From the sequence record BK061588.1: DNA of 24,000 nt. One strand, 5' to 3'. Positions 17,722 to 24,000 of this stretch are shown in pieces. The position numbers were made by a program, and so were the translations under genes. Under the pieces are notes generated by a model, which was given only the letters and a program-made list of their open reading frames with translations, was not told the origin of the DNA and searched no databases. Every line of letters starts with the position of its first letter. The stretch's first letter is position 1. Source of the DNA: Pseudomonas phage vB_PaeS-D14O.

Positions 17722-17972
17722 GATGGCGTTCCTTCATCAGACATCCCGATGAGCTTCGCGACCATCAGGGCTTCGGCGAAATCATTTGCGTTGGCATCTC
17801 GCCAACGGGAGAGCCCGCATACGTGGTAGATCAACTCCCGACCAGGGAGCGGGCTTTCGGGGCGCTCGATCTTGTAGCGAACCTGGACAACCAGCTTGCC
17901 GAACCATCCGCGACGGACTCGAACAGCAGCTATCTGGGTTTCCCTGGCGGAGCCCATAAACGTCGACATCAT
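17718..17972 (-). CDS. Hypothetical protein
   Basis: 84 aa, 4-nt overlaps on both sides, same operon direction. Confidence 0.6.
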   Translation of the reverse strand: MMSTFMGSARETQIAAVRVRRGWFGKLVVQVRYKIERPESPLPGRELIYHVCGLSRWRDANANDFAEALMVAKLIGMSDEGTPS

Positions 17973-18331
17973 CGCTCCCCTGGCGGTGTTGCCAAAAGGC
18001 TATTACTGCGTACCGGCTGATGCCCTTGGATCGGTGTTCCATCCAGATAGCTGGTCGGCATGGCGTCAGGATCCTCGCCATCTTCGGCGAGAGCCTGGAT
18101 CAGGAGGAGCAATAGCTGATTGGTCTTGCGCTGCTCATCGAGCAAGTCTCCGAGCAATGGGCGAATGTCGCTGTGAATGCCAGCCTGAAGTCCGTTGTTC
18201 AGGACCAAAGCCCTACAGCCAAGGCTTTCTGCCAGCGGCTGGATAGACTCAGATATACGGTCGACCTTCTCCTGGGACAGGGCGACGTCCGTACTGAGCA
18301 CCAATAGAGATTTCTGGCTATCGTTCATCAT
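17969..18331 (-). CDS. Hypothetical protein, helical
   Basis: 120 aa (or 119 from second Met), in operon; 4-nt overlap with downstream ORF. Confidence 0.55.
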   Translation of the reverse strand: MMNDSQKSLLVLSTDVALSQEKVDRISESIQPLAESLGCRALVLNNGLQAGIHSDIRPLLGDLLDEQRKTNQLLLLLIQALAEDGEDPDAMPTSYLDGTPIQGHQPVRSNSLLATPPGER

Positions 18332-18446
18332 CCACTCCAGATTGCTTCGGCTTGGCGGCCACAGCAGAGGCCGCGCGCTCTACCGCGACACGGGCCCACT
18401 TCTTCGCCCATTCACGCGTCTTGTTGCAGAAGGTGCACTTGGTCAT
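18318..18446 (-). CDS. Small protein with a single CxxC
   Basis: 42 aa MTKCTFCNKTREWAKKWARVAVERAASAVAAKPKQSGVDDER fills a gap; below the track cutoff; start overlaps the upstream ORF stop. Confidence 0.45.
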   Translation of the reverse strand: MTKCTFCNKTREWAKKWARVAVERAASAVAAKPKQSGVDDER

Positions 18447-18679
18447 CAGCTGCGCCTTCCCTTAATTGCCTCAAGATACGCATCGTATGAGATGCGCGAC
18501 TCCATCCCTTCCCCGCAAAGCCTCACGTGCTCATTGTCGAGTGCGAACGTGACCGTGACCGCTGGCACGAGACCATCGTTGCTGACGCTCAACGAAAGCT
18601 GGCCAGGGAGCGGCTTCCCGTTGCTGTCACACAAAATCAGGCATGTGCCGGTGTTCTTCAGTAGAAGCGGAGCATCCAT
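18446..18679 (-). CDS. Hypothetical protein
   Basis: Likely start MDAPLLLKNTGTCLILCDSNGKPL (ATG at 18679), 77 aa; track start at 18952 overlaps the holin gene. Confidence 0.6.
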   Translation of the reverse strand: MDAPLLLKNTGTCLILCDSNGKPLPGQLSLSVSNDGLVPAVTVTFALDNEHVRLCGEGMESRISYDAYLEAIKGRRS

Positions 18680-18963
18680 CAGTACACCCTCAGAATGTGG
18701 GCCAGGTTCCCCCGCGCACGACAGACAAGGCCGAGCAAGATCGCTAGAACCAAGGTCAGCCAGGGAGAGACGGGATTCAGCCTGTAGCCGTGGAGCGCAT
18801 CGAGCATCACGCTCAGAGCGAAGCATCCACTTCCTACGCACAGAAGGTAGGCGAGCCAGGAAACGCCCCGGCGATACCTCGCACCTTGCCGGCGGTATGT
18901 CGCCAGCCTCATGCAGATGGCGCCGCAGATCATCGCGGCCACCAGAGTCCAAGGGTCAACCAT
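18679..18963 (-). CDS. Putative holin, phage holin family 3-like
   Basis: 94 aa MVDPWTLVAAMICGAICMRLATYRRQGARYRRGVSWLAYLLCVGSGCFAL...LVLAILLGLVCRARGN; several TM segments. Confidence 0.65.
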   Translation of the reverse strand: MVDPWTLVAAMICGAICMRLATYRRQGARYRRGVSWLAYLLCVGSGCFALSVMLDALHGYRLNPVSPWLTLVLAILLGLVCRARGNLAHILRVY

Positions 18964-19324
18964 TACGACCTCCAAAGCGGTCCGCAATGAAGCGGAGCCA
19001 ACCAGGCGTCTTCCCCCCCTGCACCCACTCCAGCAAGCTGGTGCCCACTGCGACGCAGAACAATGCCCCGCCACACGCGACCAGGCCCGATGTTCTGGCC
19101 CATTCTCGCCCGATGACTTCGCCGGCGACGTAGTAGCCAACGATCCAGGACACGACGAAGTAACCAAGGCGCGCCCAGGCCGAAATGTCCTTGGCGTACA
19201 CCACGAAGAAGATCGCCCCAGCAAAAGCACCGATCACTGCATTGGCATCAATGCCAGGGATCAATGCAGACGCACCAATACCGACCAGGCCGGCGACTGC
19301 TACCGCACCACTCGGCTCGGCCAT
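18956..19324 (-). CDS. Putative holin-like membrane protein
   Basis: From MAEPSGAVAVAGLVGIGASALIPGIDANAVIGAFAGAIFFVVYA..., 122 aa, multiple TM segments. Confidence 0.65.
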   Translation of the reverse strand: MAEPSGAVAVAGLVGIGASALIPGIDANAVIGAFAGAIFFVVYAKDISAWARLGYFVVSWIVGYYVAGEVIGREWARTSGLVACGGALFCVAVGTSLLEWVQGGKTPGWLRFIADRFGGRNG

Positions 19325-19348
19325 ATTCACGTACTCCAGATGCAGAAA

Positions 19349-19368
19349 GCCCAGGTCATAGCCTGGGC
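19349..19368 (-). other. Hairpin in the leader of the holin operon
   Basis: GCCCAGG-TCATAG-CCTGGGC (7-bp arms), about 25 nt upstream of the holin start. Confidence 0.35.
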
Positions 19369-19391
19369 CTTGTAGTGTGGCTCTCACGAAG

Positions 19392-19413
19392 AAAAGCCCC
19401 GCTCATGGGCGGG
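19392..19413 (-). terminator. Weak candidate terminator on the minus strand
   Basis: Minus strand CCCGC-CCATGA-GCGGG followed by GCTTTTC. Confidence 0.3.
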
Positions 19414-19465
19414 TATGGCCCCGTGCTATCCTCGTGACTCCTACACCACGAAACAGGACGGACCC

Positions 19466-19765
19466 ATGGCAAACTTCATTGTCACGTTTCAAATCAAGGC
19501 TGATGACACCTACCAGTCTCGGTATAGTTCCTTCAAGAAGAAGATCAATGAGTTAACCAGCTACAAACACTGGGATGAAACGACTTCTTTCTACTGCTTC
19601 GAACTGGACTACACGGCGCAAAGGCTTTGCTCTGAGCTGTACACCGGCAGCGAGTTCAACGCAACCAAAGACATAATGGTGGTCATCGATGTATCCAATC
19701 GAGAGAAGGCCACGAAAGGTCCGATCCAGTATCCTGCGCTGCTCGACGCCTATCTTGGTTTCTAG
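19466..19765 (+). CDS. Moron-like small protein, possibly Cas2/SinR-like ferredoxin fold
   Basis: 99 aa MANFIVTFQIKADDTYQSRYSSFKKKINELTSYKHWDETTSFYCFELDYTAQRLCSELYTGSEFNATKDIMVVIDVSN...; opposite strand to all late genes. Fold assignment is by visual pattern only. Confidence 0.6.
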   Translation: MANFIVTFQIKADDTYQSRYSSFKKKINELTSYKHWDETTSFYCFELDYTAQRLCSELYTGSEFNATKDIMVVIDVSNREKATKGPIQYPALLDAYLGF

Positions 19766-19969
19766 CTAGGTCCGCCCAGTACCGAGAATCTGCGACTCGA
19801 TCTCAGCTACACGACGCTCATATTGGGAAAGTGTCTCTCGGTTAAGTCGCAGATCTTCAGCCAGCCTACGCTCTTGGGCAGCCGCCAAAGCATACAACCC
19901 TTCAACCTCCGCCAGCTTTGCTTCTTGAGCAATGACAGACTCCACAGCTTGCCGGTATTCGCTTTTCAT
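19766..19969 (-). CDS. Small coiled-coil protein
   Basis: 67 aa MKSEYRQAVESVIAQEAKLAEVEGLYALAAAQERRLAEDLRLNRETLSQYERRVAEIESQILGTGRT; convergent with the plus-strand ORF. Confidence 0.55.
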   Translation of the reverse strand: MKSEYRQAVESVIAQEAKLAEVEGLYALAAAQERRLAEDLRLNRETLSQYERRVAEIESQILGTGRT

Positions 19970-20046
19970 GTACGTTCTCCGCGCGCAGGGTTAAGCCTCT
20001 CAGCACTTGAGTATGAGGGCCTGGCGTCGAGTGGGATGGATTGAGT

Positions 20047-20123
<77 letters not shown>

Positions 20124-20188
20124 GGAATAGGTGCCGGGCGAACCCGGCGTCACGCCCGCAGAGCAAGTAGCCGGGGCTTTCGCCTTGA

Positions 20189-20239
20189 TCACCAGTGGTG
20201 ACCCTTGCTTTCTTCTGCCGCATGCGTGAAAGCTATACT
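20189..20239 (+). promoter_or_regulatory. Candidate promoter/operator for the plus-strand gene 20269..20619
   Basis: TATACT at 20234..20239, about 30 nt upstream of the ATG; small palindrome TCACC-AGT-GGTGA at 20189..20201. No strong -35 seen. Confidence 0.4.
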
Positions 20240-20268
20240 GCTGTCTCAGCCAAAGCAGAGGATACGAC

Positions 20269-20619
20269 ATGAGTTCAGCAGAAAAGACATATATGATTCT
20301 CATTCGTCTTGCAAATGAGAATGTCACACCAAAACACTTAAGGGAGAACGCCCCCCTAATTAAAGCTGTGATCGAGAAATACTCACAGAAAGACTGTCAG
20401 TTGGTATTCACCAGCCCAGACGGGTCAACTTTTGGCTGGCTATTAAACACAGAACAACCGCTTGGAAAGCTCAAAGCAGCTCTCTACGGTAAAACCAAGG
20501 ACACCGATACCTCTCCGCTATTCAATGGAGACTCCTTCCTTGGGATGGAACTCGGTAAGGACTTTGAGGGTACCGGATTCAGCAACGGATGGACGTGGTT
20601 GCAGCACCACCAGAGATAA
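20269..20619 (+). CDS. Moron-like hypothetical protein
   Basis: 116 aa, ATG preceded by AGAGGA, followed by a strong hairpin terminator. Confidence 0.7.
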   Translation: MSSAEKTYMILIRLANENVTPKHLRENAPLIKAVIEKYSQKDCQLVFTSPDGSTFGWLLNTEQPLGKLKAALYGKTKDTDTSPLFNGDSFLGMELGKDFEGTGFSNGWTWLQHHQR

Positions 20620-20621
20620 AC

Positions 20622-20649
20622 AAAGCCCCGCGCTAAGGCGGGGCTTTTT
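20622..20649. terminator. Bidirectional rho-independent terminator
   Basis: AAAGCCCCGC-GCTAAG-GCGGGGCTTTTT, 10-bp stem with A-tract and T-tract. Confidence 0.85.
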
Positions 20650-20714
20650 ATGACTTTCGCCAGAGGCGAATTTGTCACGATGGAGATAAGTGTGCCTCAG
20701 CCGCACATTTGTCG

Positions 20715-21401
20715 TCAAGCAGCATTTTTCATCATTTTTATCGCCGAAGAGACAGGCACAAGCGCGGCCTTGTCGAGATCGTTGCAGGCATCGAAACAGG
20801 CCTGGATAAAGCCGTCCCATTCCCTATCCCAGTTTCTTGGGTCAAGTTCAATGCCATGCATACGGTCAAGCCAGGCGCGGAACGACTCAGGGCTCGGGCA
20901 AGGATCAACACCTTCGCTCTGCCCGCCCTGATGCATGCGACGGTACCGGAACAAGACTCCCGCAGCGACATAGCGCGCCTTCTCGAATTTCTTCGTGTAC
21001 ATCCTTGGGCCAGTGTCGTACGCCACCCTGAACACGATCTCTTCCGCAGCCTCTTTGTCGTCTTCGCCAGCCATCGGGCTGTACATGTGATTGCCGAACA
21101 CCTTCAGATGCGCCGGGAGGGTATCGATCGCCTTTTGAATCACGCCGGCGAGCGCCTGATGAACAGCCCGAGGAGTGCTAATGTCGCGCTCAGTTCTGGT
21201 CTGGTGGATTCCTGGCACGAAGGTGTGCTGGCTGTAGGAGACAGCCTCCCCATCATCATCGATCTCGGTGATACGGCGCCGGACATATCCGCCAGCTTCG
21301 ACAATTCCAAGAGCAGCTCGCTCTGCCGCCTCAGCCATGCCGCTGTTCCAAGGGGTATAGAACGCATCGTGCCAGGCAATGCGCGCGCTGTTTAGATTCA
21401 T
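20715..21401 (-). CDS. Conserved-looking phage protein of unknown function
   Basis: 228 aa MNLNSARIAWHDAFYTPWNSGMAEAAERAALGIVEAGG...; immediately downstream of ninG. Long antisense ORF is rejected. Confidence 0.7.
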   Translation of the reverse strand: MNLNSARIAWHDAFYTPWNSGMAEAAERAALGIVEAGGYVRRRITEIDDDGEAVSYSQHTFVPGIHQTRTERDISTPRAVHQALAGVIQKAIDTLPAHLKVFGNHMYSPMAGEDDKEAAEEIVFRVAYDTGPRMYTKKFEKARYVAAGVLFRYRRMHQGGQSEGVDPCPSPESFRAWLDRMHGIELDPRNWDREWDGFIQACFDACNDLDKAALVPVSSAIKMMKNAA

Positions 21402-21976
21402 GCCGTTGCCCTCTTCAGCTCGCGCACCCAGGCCCGGAACTTGGCCTTCAGTGCTTTGATTTCTTCAATGGTCAGTTTCAGTGGCTCATGATGGCCTTCC
21501 AGCCACTCAACTTTCTCGGCGCCGATCTTGCGCACCAGGTTGATCCGGTAGTTCACGATGTCGCCTGACTTATGGTTGTTGCATGGGGCGCATTGTTTGT
21601 TCACGTTGAGCGGCTCGAAGCGCAGCTCAGGGCTGGCGGCAACCGTCCTGTAATGCCCGGCGTGGTACTGCCCATCGTGGTGGCGGCCACAACTGATGCA
21701 CGGCTGGTCGGCGTCGCGCAGGCGAATGAATTCGTTGAATGCCTGCTGAGCCTCGCGCAGGTGATCCGCCCTGCTCTTCAACCGCTCCTTCCGCACCCTG
21801 ATCTCCCTCCGCTCCCGGTCGTCGATGGCCTTCCGCGCCGGCTTGGAGTGCTTGTCCTTGATGGCCAGGGCGCAGGCCGGCGAGCAGACCTTTTGCGTGC
21901 TGCTGAAGCGAGGCGTGAACTCCTGGCTGCATGCAGGGTTCTGACACTTTTTCAGTTTCGGCTTTGCCTCAATCAC
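21398..21976 (-). CDS. ninG: NinG/Rap recombination protein
   Basis: CQNPACSQEFTPRFSSTQKVCSPACA, FIRLRDADQPCISCGR, GQYHAGHYRTVAASPELRFEPLNVNKQCAPCNNHKSGDIVNYR: NinG signature. Confidence 0.93.
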   Translation of the reverse strand: MIEAKPKLKKCQNPACSQEFTPRFSSTQKVCSPACALAIKDKHSKPARKAIDDRERREIRVRKERLKSRADHLREAQQAFNEFIRLRDADQPCISCGRHHDGQYHAGHYRTVAASPELRFEPLNVNKQCAPCNNHKSGDIVNYRINLVRKIGAEKVEWLEGHHEPLKLTIEEIKALKAKFRAWVRELKRATA

Positions 21977-22140
21977 AGCCGCCTCCTCGACTCTCGCTCT
22001 ACCTCTTCCTTGAAACGCCGAAACCTGCGCTGATATTCCTCGAAGGACGAGTCACGACGCTGGCAGTAGATGGTTATGCCAGCGAATACCACGAACAGGG
22101 CGAAGAAGATGGATGCCTCAATGACAAGTTCACCGCTCAC
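21973..22140 (-). CDS. Small single-TM protein
   Basis: 55 aa from GTG: MSGELVIEASIFFALFVVFAGITIYCQRRDSSFEEYQRRFRRFKEEVERESRRRL; 4-nt overlaps on both sides; below the track cutoff. Confidence 0.65.
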   Translation of the reverse strand: MSGELVIEASIFFALFVVFAGITIYCQRRDSSFEEYQRRFRRFKEEVERESRRRL

Positions 22141-22400
22141 GCCTCAACCTCCTTCGCCTTCTGCTGCTCGGGCTGGAAGTCGCCGCGCAGGGGCATGAGA
22201 TACCGTTCAGGTATGTAGAGCCGGTCTCCTTCATGGAGCACCCACCAAGCTGGCCGAATCACCTGAAAGGTCTGGCCGTCTTCGGCAAACAGATCACCAG
22301 GGGCAAGTCGAGACATCAACTCGACTACCACTCCCGCACTGATGCAGCTGGGGATGTCTTGCAGATTAAGAGCGAGATCGCCCGCCTTGAACTTGCTCAT
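22137..22400 (-). CDS. Hypothetical protein
   Basis: 87 aa MSKFKAGDLALNLQDIPSCISAGVVVELMSRL...; operonic overlaps. Confidence 0.65.
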   Translation of the reverse strand: MSKFKAGDLALNLQDIPSCISAGVVVELMSRLAPGDLFAEDGQTFQVIRPAWWVLHEGDRLYIPERYLMPLRGDFQPEQQKAKEVEA

Positions 22401-22984
22401 GCGAAAGTCCCCATCTGATCAGCCGCCGCCATGGCGTCAGCCTCAGTTTCGAAGTGAGAGGAAAGGACCAGCCTCCAGCAGGCGGCAAACACGTCGCGAT
22501 AGAGCGGCTCGAAAGCCGTGTCGTCCATGCTCGCCCAACTGATCGACTTGGCTTCCTTGCGAACACCGTCAGGCGTATGGATCAGGTGGAAGTGACCGGC
22601 CTCAATGGTGATCCACTCGCGGAACGCCTCGCGGCTCTTCTCGACTGCCGGGAAGCGGCCCGCTCGATCAGCCTCAAGCTTGGCGATGTACGCGGCGACG
22701 GCGTTCTGCAATTGGCCAGGACGCCCATTCAGATCCTCGAAGTATTTGGCCAGCCCGCGGATGCCACGCATCTCCTGGCGCGGCACAAGACCACCTTTCG
22801 GCTCCCAGTACTCCCATGCGAGATCCAACATGGCGAAGAACTTGCCGTGGAACTTGGCATTGCGCATCCGGGTGAATTTCCCGTGGACGACCTGGCCGGC
22901 CTTCCACTTCTGAACGGTTTCGCGATCTGCCTCGGTCGCCGGGACCAGGCCCTGGGCTGTGCGGATGAGAGCGAGTTCAGCCAC
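22397..22984 (-). CDS. DUF1367-like protein
   Basis: Likely GTG start at 22984 (MAELALIRTAQGLVPATEADRE...KAGQVVHGKFTRMRNAKFHGKFFAMLDLAWEYW). Confidence 0.75.
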   Translation of the reverse strand: MAELALIRTAQGLVPATEADRETVQKWKAGQVVHGKFTRMRNAKFHGKFFAMLDLAWEYWEPKGGLVPRQEMRGIRGLAKYFEDLNGRPGQLQNAVAAYIAKLEADRAGRFPAVEKSREAFREWITIEAGHFHLIHTPDGVRKEAKSISWASMDDTAFEPLYRDVFAACWRLVLSSHFETEADAMAAADQMGTFA

Positions 22985-23609
22985 GGCGCTTTCCCTTCTT
23001 CTGCTTGCACTCCCGGCGCTGCTTGCTGATAGGCTTCTGCATTGCATCTTCAATCGACCAACCACGATTTAGCCGGCTGCGCAGAGTGCATTCGGGAATA
23101 CCAAGCTGGCCTGCCCACTGAGAAACTGTTTGCCGCCTACCTAGATACTCAACGAAGGTGTTTCTTCTAGTGTTATTCATCTGTTCTAAGGCAGTTGCCC
23201 AGCGGCAGTTTTCCTTGAAGTAACCTGCGTCGTTGTCAATTCGATCAAGGGAGGTGGCGTCTGGCCTTTCGCCCATATCAGCCAGGAAGTTGGAGAACGT
23301 CATCCACCTTTCACAAACAGTGATTCCTCTGCCTTGGTAGTCGACATATCGCTTGTTAGAGGGATTCGTACAGCGATCAATCATGTTGCTCCATGAGCTG
23401 TACGTTGGAGTTCCGGTCATCCCGTGAGAAAACCGAGAGCAACCGCAACTGGTCGTAGTTCGGTTTCTCATCAGATTTCCTCGGCGCATAATGACTCGGT
23501 TACCGCAGTCGCAACGGCAAACCCAATGGGAAGCCTTGCCGGCGCAGTGGGAGAATGCTTCAACAACCACCTTGCCCACCCGAAGCCCGATGATGCTTTC
23601 AGCGTCCAT
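22977..23609 (-). CDS. HNH-type homing endonuclease-like protein
   Basis: Start at MDAESIIGLRVGKVVVEAF (ATG 23609); zinc-binding CRCDCG...TTSCGC, TPTYSSWSNMIDRCTNPSNKRYVDYQGRGITVCERW, SLDRIDNDAGYFKENCRWAT, NNTRRN. Confidence 0.75.
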   Translation of the reverse strand: MDAESIIGLRVGKVVVEAFSHCAGKASHWVCRCDCGNRVIMRRGNLMRNRTTTSCGCSRFSHGMTGTPTYSSWSNMIDRCTNPSNKRYVDYQGRGITVCERWMTFSNFLADMGERPDATSLDRIDNDAGYFKENCRWATALEQMNNTRRNTFVEYLGRRQTVSQWAGQLGIPECTLRSRLNRGWSIEDAMQKPISKQRRECKQKKGKRRG

Positions 23610-23802
23610 TGATTGCCTCCAAGTATTCCTGGCAAGAAAGGCACTTCCGAACCCCAGGAACGAGTGCCCGCCGCGCCACAGGAATCTCCTCGCCGCAGTC
23701 TTCACATTCGTACAGGCTCTCGCCGACGTACTTGACTCGGGAGTACAGGCGGTCAGCGAGTTCACGCTCGGCGTAGTCGTTGGCGATATCTACGATATCC
23801 AT
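23599..23802 (-). CDS. TraR/DksA-like C4 zinc-finger protein
   Basis: 67 aa with ESLYECEDCGEEIPVARRALVPGVRKCLSCQEYLE. Confidence 0.8.
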   Translation of the reverse strand: MDIVDIANDYAERELADRLYSRVKYVGESLYECEDCGEEIPVARRALVPGVRKCLSCQEYLEAINGR

Positions 23803-23803
23803 G

Positions 23804-24000
23804 TCACTCGCCCTCCCCTTGCAGGCTCTTCAGCAGTGCCTTGAGTTGGCGATAGCTTTCCATCGACTTGGCGCTCGATTCGCGCTCCTGCTCGACTGCC
23901 AGCGCGACGTCCTCGATGCGATCAGACAGGCGCTTCATGTGCTCGGCCATGCCGGCGAGCTCGTTTGCCAGTTCGCCTAGCATCTCCAGCGGGGAGGCGG
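23804..24000 (-). CDS. Helical hypothetical protein, possibly truncated at the right edge
   Basis: Open minus frame ...MLGELANELAGMAEHMKRLSDRIEDVALAVEQERESSAKSMESYRQLKALLKSLQGEGE; start may be at 23983 or beyond the window. Confidence 0.5.
   Translation of the reverse strand, partial: ASPLEMLGELANELAGMAEHMKRLSDRIEDVALAVEQERESSAKSMESYRQLKALLKSLQGEGE

Noticed and set aside
18195-19133. 312-aa plus-strand ORF
   Set aside because: Antisense to several compactly arranged small genes and a holin; low-complexity, Arg/Ser/Pro-rich.
18964-19230. N-terminal extension of track ORF 18679..19230
   Set aside because: Overlaps the other holin-like gene almost fully; MVDPWTLVAAM is a more plausible start.
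20709-21395. 228-aa plus-strand ORF opposite the 228-aa minus ORF
   Set aside because: Nearly coextensive mirror ORF; the minus frame has 4-nt coupling with ninG and more protein-like composition, so the plus frame is taken as a shadow. This is the least certain rejection of the set.
22454-23029. 191-aa plus-strand ORF
   Set aside because: Antisense to the DUF1367-like gene.
23610-23765. N-terminal 52 aa of track ORF 22977..23765
   Set aside because: Overlaps the DksA-like gene out of frame, and the conserved-looking protein starts at MDAESIIGLRVGK (23609).

Overview
The window is the structural, packaging and lysis half of a tailed siphophage or prophage with an HK97-like head. High-GC codon usage and protein types suggest a Pseudomonas host. 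Almost every gene is on the minus strand. In transcription order (right to left): small early/middle genes (coiled-coil fragment, DksA/TraR-like zinc finger, homing-type HNH endonuclease, DUF1367-like protein, NinG), a 228-aa unknown, a counter-oriented plus-strand accessory patch around a tRNA-Gly(UCC), tandem holin-like proteins, small ORFs, HNH, TerS, TerL, portal, ClpP-like protease, major capsid, head-tail connectors, major tail protein, tail chaperones, tape measure, and tail-tip genes up to a TipJ/gpJ-like protein that runs off the left edge. Points most worth a second look: (1) the portal reading frame breaks at a G8 run, and the -1 frame past it encodes a plausible 51-aa C-terminus that stops 3 nt before the protease ATG; (2) a lambda-identical G_GGA_AAG slippery site plus an 8-bp downstream stem in the tail chaperone pair; (3) three putative modification enzymes (MptE/DUF115-like, GT-B-like glycosyltransferase, methyltransferase) dispersed among head-tail joining genes; (4) a terminator whose right arm can also pair with a sequence next to the major tail gene ribosome-binding site; (5) two plus-strand moron-like genes flanking a phage tRNA-Gly(UCC), one possibly Cas2/SinR-like in fold; (6) an AT-rich, GGA-rich domain in the tail-tip gene that might relate to that tRNA. 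I found no convincing complete new defence system. All family calls are from recognising sequence motifs by eye; no searches were run.
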